A stretch of DNA of 64,000 nt. Origin: an uncultured Planctomycetota bacterium. Its GTDB lineage: Bacteria; Planctomycetota; PLA2; JAEUHO01. This document shows, in pieces, positions 17,928 to 24,606 of this stretch (position 1 is the first letter of the stretch; each line of letters starts with the position of its first letter). Both the position numbers and the translations under genes were made by a program. The notes under the pieces are model-generated. The model was not told where the DNA came from. It worked only from the letters and a program-made list of their open reading frames with translations, and did no database searches. The stretch covers positions 455,116 through 519,115 of the forward strand of contig CAVVXN010000002.1 of NCBI GenBank assembly GCA_963752285.1. The letters are read 5' to 3'.

Positions 17928-18755
17928 ATGCGCCGCATCCACCCCCCGAGCCGCTGGGCGGCGATCCTCGTTCTCGCCACGCTGGCGGGGGTCCCCTCCG
18001 CGCGTGCCGGCGACGACACCGGGGACGCGCATCCGACCCTCCGCGACTTCCAGGCGACGGGGCAGTACGTCCTCTGGGCCAAGGACGAGGCGGTGGACCA
18101 GGCGACGATCTACTACTCGGAGCCCTCGGCGGCGTATTTGATCGTCACGGAGGCCTTCCCCGACGCGGTGCTGATCCTGCCGCGCACCCGTTGTGTCGAG
18201 TCGGTCAAGTCGGACGAGATGATCGAGCGGGACGACGGCGGCATCGACGTGAAGAAGGAGGCGATGCCCTGCGGTCTCGGCCGGTTCCGCCTGGAGGGAG
18301 CCGACGTGGTGTTCGACGTCGGCGACATCCCCGCCCGGCTGAAGCCGAAGCCGCCCCTGCTCGGCGGGCATCGGCGCGACGCGCTCCTCGAGCACTCACC
18401 GGAGTACGCGCGGGGCGCGAAGGCCTACAAGCCCGACATGGACGTCATCGAGCAGATGAAGAAGGCCAACAAGAAGGCCCGCATCCAGATCTTCTTCGGC
18501 TCGTGGTGTTCGTTCTGTGCCCGCTTCGTTCCCCACATCCTGCGCGTGGAGGAGGAGCTCCAGGGCACCGACCTTTCGTTCGAGTACTTCGGCCTGGAGC
18601 CGCCGCCGGCGGCGTGGGTCGGCGAGACGGCGACGAAGATGGGAATCAAGAGACTCCCCACGGGCATCATCTTCGTGGACGACAAGGAGATCGGCCGGAT
18701 CATCGGGACCGAGTGGATCCGCCCCGAGGTCGCGCTGGCGCGCTTCCTCCGCTGA
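17928..18755 (+). CDS. Secreted thioredoxin-family protein (WCSFC active site) with an unknown N-terminal domain
   Basis: In-frame ATG at 17928 of ORF 17235..18755. Signal peptide is AAILVLATLAGVPSARA. The C-terminus reads IQIFFGSWCSFCARFVPHI...LPTGIIFVDDKEIGRIIG. Confidence 0.8.
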   Translation: MRRIHPPSRWAAILVLATLAGVPSARAGDDTGDAHPTLRDFQATGQYVLWAKDEAVDQATIYYSEPSAAYLIVTEAFPDAVLILPRTRCVESVKSDEMIERDDGGIDVKKEAMPCGLGRFRLEGADVVFDVGDIPARLKPKPPLLGGHRRDALLEHSPEYARGAKAYKPDMDVIEQMKKANKKARIQIFFGSWCSFCARFVPHILRVEEELQGTDLSFEYFGLEPPPAAWVGETATKMGIKRLPTGIIFVDDKEIGRIIGTEWIRPEVALARFLR

Positions 18756-18832
18756 CGCGGACCCGCGCCGCGACCCGGGCGTCGCCGCATCCCGGCCCAC
18801 GCCGGATCCGCCCGCGCGGCGCACCTACGAGA

Positions 18833-18863
18833 GCGCCCCGCGCGGCGGGGCCGCGCGGGGCGC
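18833..18863. terminator. Perfect 14-bp GC hairpin between convergent genes (bidirectional terminator candidate)
   Basis: GCGCCCCGCGCGGC-ggg-GCCGCGCGGGGCGC lies between the stops at 18755 (+) and 18883 (-). Confidence 0.45.
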
Positions 18864-18882
18864 GAGGGGGAGACTCCGAACG

Positions 18883-21411
18883 CTAGGGCAGCGCGAAGCT
18901 CGCGCCCGACAGCGCGCCGAGCGTGTGGGTGAACACGTCCGAGACGAAGCCCGGGTTGTGGAAGGACTTGCTGCGGTCCGCCTCGAGCATGGAGAAGTTC
19001 CAGCCCGCCTTCGCGAGCACCACCTCGGGGTTCCCGGCGAAGAGGCCGTTCAGGTAGAGCGAGCCCATCGGGAGATCGAGCGGGTCGAGGATCGTCGTGC
19101 CGCCGTGGAGCTGCACGTGGTAGATCCAGGAGCCGCCGATCTGGATGTTCATGCCCTGCCGCCCGTGCGACTCGGCGAACTCCAACCCCCCGACGACCGA
19201 CGTGGAGTCGATCGTGGCGGCGAGCGGGGTCGCCTCGTCGAGCGTCGAGCCGGTGAGGGCGATGCGGTATCCCGCACCGACCAGCGACTGGATCTCGTCC
19301 GCGAGCTTGGACTCGATGGTGAGCTTCAGGTCCTCGATGCTGGTCTCGAACTGCTTCTCGAGCGTGCCGCCGTCGAAGGCGCCGTGGCAGTTCGAGCAGA
19401 TCGAGACGTCGGCGGTGAAGCCGTGGTTGGCGCCCGCGCCGCTCAGGCTGTAGTCCGCCGGGGGCGGGCTCATCTGGACGTGGCAGGTGACGCAGGTGTC
19501 CTTCAGGAAGCCGTGGGGGCCGCGGCTCGGCGTCGAGACGAAGAACATGTTCTGGCCGAAGAGCACGTCCGTCTGCGGGCCCTGGTGGGGCGCCCGGTCG
19601 GGCGAGTCGAGGCCCGTCACGTCGTTCCTCAGACCGCGCCGGCCGTTGTGGCACTCCATGCACATCGCGCCCTTGCCGACGTTCGTCGCGCTGAACCCCG
19701 ACTCGAGGTTCATCGCGTTGTCCTCGACGCGCATGTGCGCGTCGTTCGCGTCGCCGGAGACCGTTCCGACGTTGTGCGGGTCGTGGCAGACCACGCACGT
19801 GATCGGGTGGACCGTATCGGCCGTCGGCGCGGCATCGACCACCCCGTCCGGCAGCCAGTCGAGGAAGCCCTGTGCGGAGTGGCACTTCGCGCAGCTCTTG
19901 TTGGTGCCCTCAGCGATGGCGACCTCGTAGTTGCCGTGCGCGCTGTTCTCCCACTGCTGGAAGCGGCCGTGCCGCGGCGGTTCGCCGTGGCAGGAGCCGC
20001 ACACGTCCGACGCCATGGAAACGCGGTACACGTCGTTGCCCATGTGGCTGCTGCCCTGGCCGTTCGGGCCGTGGCAGTTCTCACACTGGATGTTGCCCTT
20101 CTGGGCGACCGTGGGCCACGTCGAGAGCACCTTGGCCCAGTTCCCCATGTCCATCGTCATGTGGCCACCGGGGAACATGCCGGCGTAGAAGTCGGCGTAC
20201 TGCGGCGTGTCGTCCAGCCCGTCGTTCGTCGCGTCGAGGTCGAAGCCCACGGTGTGGCACGCGAAGCAGCTGCTGCTGTAGTGGTCGCTCGTGTTCAGGT
20301 TGTCCTTGAAGATCGAGGCGTGCCCGGTCTTGGCCCAGTCCGTGAATTTCTCGGGGAAGATGCCGGAGTGACAGGACATCGTGCAGGACATCGTCGGGTT
20401 GCCGGCGGCGTCCATGCCGTCGATCCCGCCGACCCACTTGCCGGCGTAGACGTCCAGGTTGACCGTCGTGCTCGTCGCGAGGTCCGTCACCGCGAGGGTG
20501 TACTTCCCCGTGACGTCGGGCACGAACCAGGGGTACCGGGTCGTGGCGTCGGAGAGCGTCGCCGTGGAGGTCCCCGGCGCCGCCTGGATCGTCCAGTCGT
20601 ACGACGCCTGGGTCTTCCCGCCGAGCAGGACCGGCACGCCGACCGGCACGTTCTGGAGGCCCGTCGTCCAGGCGACGAAGGGCAGCTTCGCGGCGACCGC
20701 GGCCGTCGCCTTGTACGTGCCGCTCGTCGTCGTCACGGTGCACTGGAGGTCCACCGCCGCGCCGAGGTCGGCGACCTCGGGGTTGAGCGGGACCACCCGC
20801 CAGCGCTCGAGCTGCTCGATGCTGCCCACGAGGGCGGTCTTGTAGGCCGCGATCGCGGCCAGCGTCACGTCCGTCGTCGCCGCGGTCGGCGCCGTGATCG
20901 TCGCCGTGGCGCCCGTGCCCGTCTGCGACCAGGAGTAGCCGCTGACCGTCGATCCGTCGTAGATCGTCGGCGTGGCCGTCAGCGCGAACGACGCCCCGGG
21001 AGCGGGGCCCGTCGGCGCGCCCGTGATCTTCACGGTCACGTGCGCCGTCGGCATGAGGTCGAGGTTGCACGTGGTCGTGCCGGCTGCGAGGACGCTCACG
21101 CTGTCGGCGCCCGCCGTGAACCCGGTCGGCGCGCAGGCGAGTCCGTAGCTGCCCACCGGCAGCGTCGCGGTGTAGTGACCGGTCGCGTCGGTCACGGGGT
21201 TCACACCCGCCACGGCGGGCGTGAGGGTAACGGGCGCCCCTGCGAGGGGAGCGCCGCTCATGGCGTTGGTCACCTGACCGGTCAGCGTGCCGGTGCTCGC
21301 GCCGGGGAGGCCGGGCGCGCCGTTGCTGCCGGAACCGCAGGCGGCCAACGACAGGCAGAGGAAGGTGGCGAGCAGCCACCCGCCTCGATGGAAGCGAGTC
21401 GCAGGCGTCAT
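18883..21411 (-). CDS. 842-aa multihaem lipoprotein cytochrome (8 CXXCH + 1 CX3CH) with N-terminal carboxypeptidase-regulatory/Ig-like domains
   Basis: In-frame ATG at 21411 (RBS AGGAG) of ORF 18883..21588, with lipobox SLAAC. GTLTGQVTNAMSGAPLAGAPVTLTP...TDATGHYTATLPVGSY matches a CarboxypepD_reg-like domain. Haem motifs are CTMSCH, CFACH, CENCH, CGSCH, CAKCH, CVVCH, CMECH, CVTCH and CSNCH. Confidence 0.85.
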   Translation of the reverse strand: MTPATRFHRGGWLLATFLCLSLAACGSGSNGAPGLPGASTGTLTGQVTNAMSGAPLAGAPVTLTPAVAGVNPVTDATGHYTATLPVGSYGLACAPTGFTAGADSVSVLAAGTTTCNLDLMPTAHVTVKITGAPTGPAPGASFALTATPTIYDGSTVSGYSWSQTGTGATATITAPTAATTDVTLAAIAAYKTALVGSIEQLERWRVVPLNPEVADLGAAVDLQCTVTTTSGTYKATAAVAAKLPFVAWTTGLQNVPVGVPVLLGGKTQASYDWTIQAAPGTSTATLSDATTRYPWFVPDVTGKYTLAVTDLATSTTVNLDVYAGKWVGGIDGMDAAGNPTMSCTMSCHSGIFPEKFTDWAKTGHASIFKDNLNTSDHYSSSCFACHTVGFDLDATNDGLDDTPQYADFYAGMFPGGHMTMDMGNWAKVLSTWPTVAQKGNIQCENCHGPNGQGSSHMGNDVYRVSMASDVCGSCHGEPPRHGRFQQWENSAHGNYEVAIAEGTNKSCAKCHSAQGFLDWLPDGVVDAAPTADTVHPITCVVCHDPHNVGTVSGDANDAHMRVEDNAMNLESGFSATNVGKGAMCMECHNGRRGLRNDVTGLDSPDRAPHQGPQTDVLFGQNMFFVSTPSRGPHGFLKDTCVTCHVQMSPPPADYSLSGAGANHGFTADVSICSNCHGAFDGGTLEKQFETSIEDLKLTIESKLADEIQSLVGAGYRIALTGSTLDEATPLAATIDSTSVVGGLEFAESHGRQGMNIQIGGSWIYHVQLHGGTTILDPLDLPMGSLYLNGLFAGNPEVVLAKAGWNFSMLEADRSKSFHNPGFVSDVFTHTLGALSGASFALP

Positions 21412-21695
21412 GCTGATCTCCTGGTACCGATGTGCAGGTCGGGGCGCGGCGGGAACGGGAATTCCGCCCCCGACCCGCGTGATCCGCCGACGGAGCCTGG
21501 CGGCGACGACGTGGCGGCAGAGCGCGTCGAGACTGCGGGCGCGGTCGTCCTGGTGTCTCGGGTGCGGAGCAAGCGCCTTGTCGTTCATCCGACGGGCCTC
21601 GTCTCAGCGAATCGTCCCTCTTGGGGCGGAGTGTATTCGTGCCGTGGCGTCTTCCCAATCTTTGCGACGGTGTTCCGTGCGGAATGCGTTGTTGA

Positions 21696-21744
21696 TTGCA
21701 TAGTATGCAAACGAATCGTGCAGATTGAATGCAACGTTGTTGCA
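21696..21744. promoter_or_regulatory. Two TTGCA/TGCAA palindromes in a locally AT-richer island (operator candidate)
   Basis: TTGCATA-g-TATGCAA is at 21696-21710 and TGCAAC-gtt-GTTGCA is at 21730-21744. Both lie in the 455-bp spacer between the two large cytochrome genes. Confidence 0.3.
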
Positions 21745-21866
21745 GCGAGGACCCCGGCGCCATGCCGCGCGCGCGCCCCGGAAATGCGAGCGGCCCGCGC
21801 GAGCGGAGGCTCGCGCGGGCCGCGAATGGGGGAAGGGCGCCCGGGGGCGCCCTCCGCTGGTCGTCG

Positions 21867-24266
21867 CTACGGACGGGCGACGCTCGGCGTGCCGCCGAGG
21901 TCCACGATCGCGTCGTAGAGCAGCTGACGCATGTACTTCCCGTTGTGGATGAAGCCGCAGGGCTCCTTGATCGAGAAGTGGTAGTTGTAGGCGGCCTCGA
22001 GGAGCTGCGCGTCGAAGTTCGAGAACTTGTTCGCGTTCGTGTCCTCGCCGGCGTCGAGCACGCCGTTCCCGTTCGTGTCGATGAACCAGTAGGGGTAGGC
22101 CGTCTCGCTGTAGACGATGCCCGAGCCGAGGTTGGCCGAGGCGTACGTCTGCATCTGCGCGAGCAGCTCACCCTGCAGGATCACGATCTGGTCGTGGTTG
22201 TTCTTCGGTCCGAACTCGAGGGTCTCGAACGTCGAACCCGAGTGGCACAGCGTGCAGTCCGAGACCTGCGGGAGGAAGTTGTGGTCGGCGTTCGAGCCGC
22301 GGAGGTGGCAGCCGATGCAGGTGTTGAGCCCGGCGCTCACGTGGAGGCCGTTCCAGCTCGTGGGACCCGCATAGGTCTTGCCGGAGTACTGGTACCCGCC
22401 GTTCACGTTCGTCCCGAAGAAGGACGCCGCGGCGGCGAAGTAGTGGATGTTCAGGAAGGAGTAGGGGGGCAAGGTCGTGTCGATCTTGCTCTGGACCGAG
22501 ACGCCCGATTCGCGACCCTGGTGGCACGTCATGCAGATGTTCGACGCGTTGCCCAGAGAGGCCGTGAGGCCCGACGGGAACGTCACCGGCTGGAGGGCCG
22601 GGTTCGCGGCGAGGTCGTCGTACCGGGTGTCGTGGTTCGCGAACAGGTTGTTCGAGTCGTGACACGTGATGCAGTCCGTGGCGCCGAGGATCTTCGACGC
22701 CGCATCGACCGATCCGTCCGCGGCGAAGTCCACGAACCCGGGCGCGCTGTGGCACTTCGCGCAGCTCGTGGGGATCTCCGGCGGGACGCCCGTGTCCCAG
22801 TGGCGGTACGGCGCGTCCGCGTTGTTGCCGTGGCCCGAGAGGTGCCACTGCTGCGACTTCCCCGCCTCGCTGAGCGGGGCCGTGTACCCCGGACGGCCCG
22901 GAGCGGGCGTCATCGGGGTCTCCCCGAGGTCGGCGATCGAGTCGGTCAGGTACTGGCGCGCGTACACGCCGTTGTGGATGAAGCCGCAGGGCTCCTTGAT
23001 CGCGACGTGGTAGTTGTAGGCGGCCTTGAGGAGCGTGGCGTCGAACTGGGTGAACTTGTTCGCGTTCGTGCCCTCGGCCCCGTCCACGACGCCGTTCCCG
23101 TTCGTGTCGATGAACCAGTACGGGTAGGCGTCGGCGCTGTAGGCGATGTGCAACCCCGTGTTCGTGAACGCGTAGGCCTGCATGGCCTGCAGGAGCTGGG
23201 TCTTGTTGGCCTCGATCGCCGTGCGGTTCACGGACGGCGAGCCGCCCAGCGTCTCGAAGGTCGAGCCGCTGTGGCAAGTGGTGCACGCGCTCAGGTCGGG
23301 CTCGAGCGTGTGGTTCCGCTCGTCGCCGCGCATGTGGCAGCCGACACAGGTCTTCTTGTCCGCCGTGTGCGACGGGAACGTGTTCCGGGCGACGTACGTC
23401 TTGCCCGGGTACTGGTAGGCGCCGCGCACCTCGCCGCCGAAGTACGTCGCGGCCGCCGCGAAGTAGTGGATGTTGATGAACGAGTAGGGCCCGGGGCCTC
23501 CGGCGATCGCGTCGTCCACCTGGACGGTCGAGGCGCGGCCCTGGTGGCACTGGGCGCAGAGGTTGCTGTTGTCGAAGAGGGAGACCGTGTCGCCCGACGG
23601 GAAGGTGATCCAGTCGAGGTTCGGGTACATCGCGTGGTCGTCGTACGCGGTGGCCGGGGGACCGCCGAGGGCGCCGGGGTGGCAGCCCGTGCACGCCAGC
23701 CCGAAGGGCAGCGGCTGCGGCAGGTCCGTCAGCCCGGTCTGGTTGTAGTGGTCGAAGCCGGACCCGGAGTGGCACCGCGAGCAGGTGCTGTCCACCTGGC
23801 CGCTCGTGTCCCAGTGCCGCCACGGCTCGTCGCCGACCATGCCGTGTCCGCTCTCGCCCCACTGCTGGGAGATCAAGCCCCCGCCCACCGTGTAGCCGGC
23901 GGTCTGGACGGCCGAGGCGTTGCCGCTGGCGTCCACGGCGAAGTACTTGATGACCGTGTTGTTCGGCGCCGAGATCGCCGCCGAGTAGACGGCGCTCGTG
24001 TCGTCGGGCACCGAGAGGTCGGTCGTGTAGTAGATCGTGGGGTTCGCGTCACGCGCGTCGGAGGCGTGCAGCGTCACGTTCTGTGTCGAGCTGTACCAGC
24101 CCGGAGCGGGACTGGCCGAGACGGTCGGCGCCGTGGTGTCCGGCCCCGGGGGCGTGGGCGGATTGCTGCTTCCGCCGCCACCGCCGCAGCCGGCGACACC
24201 CAATGCGAGGCCGAGCACGAGGGCGGTCAGCACCTGCCCCCCATGCGACCTGGTTGCCTTGGTCAT
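21867..24266 (-). CDS. ~800-aa decahaem lipoprotein cytochrome: an N-terminal chitobiase-C-like/Ig domain plus two tandem pentahaem modules
   Basis: In-frame ATG at 24266 (alternative 24278) of ORF 21867..24467, with lipobox GVAGC. The 10 CXXCH motifs are CSRCH, CTGCH, CAQCH, CVGCH and CTTCH, then CAKCH, CITCH, CMTCH, CIGCH and CTLCH. The two modules are clearly homologous: YSFINIHYFAAAATYFG matches YSFLNIHYFAAAASFFG. YPYWFIDTNGNGVVD...KEPCGFIHNG matches YPYWFIDTNGNGVLD...KEPCGFIHNG. Confidence 0.85.
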   Translation of the reverse strand: MTKATRSHGGQVLTALVLGLALGVAGCGGGGGSSNPPTPPGPDTTAPTVSASPAPGWYSSTQNVTLHASDARDANPTIYYTTDLSVPDDTSAVYSAAISAPNNTVIKYFAVDASGNASAVQTAGYTVGGGLISQQWGESGHGMVGDEPWRHWDTSGQVDSTCSRCHSGSGFDHYNQTGLTDLPQPLPFGLACTGCHPGALGGPPATAYDDHAMYPNLDWITFPSGDTVSLFDNSNLCAQCHQGRASTVQVDDAIAGGPGPYSFINIHYFAAAATYFGGEVRGAYQYPGKTYVARNTFPSHTADKKTCVGCHMRGDERNHTLEPDLSACTTCHSGSTFETLGGSPSVNRTAIEANKTQLLQAMQAYAFTNTGLHIAYSADAYPYWFIDTNGNGVVDGAEGTNANKFTQFDATLLKAAYNYHVAIKEPCGFIHNGVYARQYLTDSIADLGETPMTPAPGRPGYTAPLSEAGKSQQWHLSGHGNNADAPYRHWDTGVPPEIPTSCAKCHSAPGFVDFAADGSVDAASKILGATDCITCHDSNNLFANHDTRYDDLAANPALQPVTFPSGLTASLGNASNICMTCHQGRESGVSVQSKIDTTLPPYSFLNIHYFAAAASFFGTNVNGGYQYSGKTYAGPTSWNGLHVSAGLNTCIGCHLRGSNADHNFLPQVSDCTLCHSGSTFETLEFGPKNNHDQIVILQGELLAQMQTYASANLGSGIVYSETAYPYWFIDTNGNGVLDAGEDTNANKFSNFDAQLLEAAYNYHFSIKEPCGFIHNGKYMRQLLYDAIVDLGGTPSVARP

Positions 24267-24606
24267 GCTTCTCTCCATGGTCGCGGCGCGCCGGACTCTT
24301 CCGGCGCGGTCGCGCATCGGGTCTGCCTGGCCGCGCTTGGCCACCGCGAACGGAGGGCTCCCACCGTGGGCCTCCTGGGATTCGTGGGGAGCGGACGCGC
24401 GGGTCATTGCACCTACCCTTGCGTCACGATGGTACGCGGTTGCATCCCGAACGGCCCCGGAAAACACCGGGACTTCCGGACGGAATCACCGCTTCTTCAT
24501 CATGTCCGGCCTCGACTCTCGCATTCGAACACTGAGAGTCAGTCTCAATCTGCGCGGAAGATAGAGGACCGTTTCAGTACGGTTCCGCCGTGGGCCCCCG
24601 GACGCC

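Noticed and set aside
21705-21723. Sigma-54 promoter on the minus strand (CTGCACGattcgtTTGCAT)
   Set aside because: The GG of the -24 element is TG here. The spacing between the -24 and -12 dinucleotides is 2 nt too long relative to TGGCACG-N4-TTGC.
24513-24541. Hairpin GACTCTC-n12-GAGAGTC as terminator of the TolB/TPR gene
   Set aside because: The stem is only 7 bp with a 12-nt loop and no U-tract. It could equally be part of the promoter of the decahaem gene. It is too weak to call.
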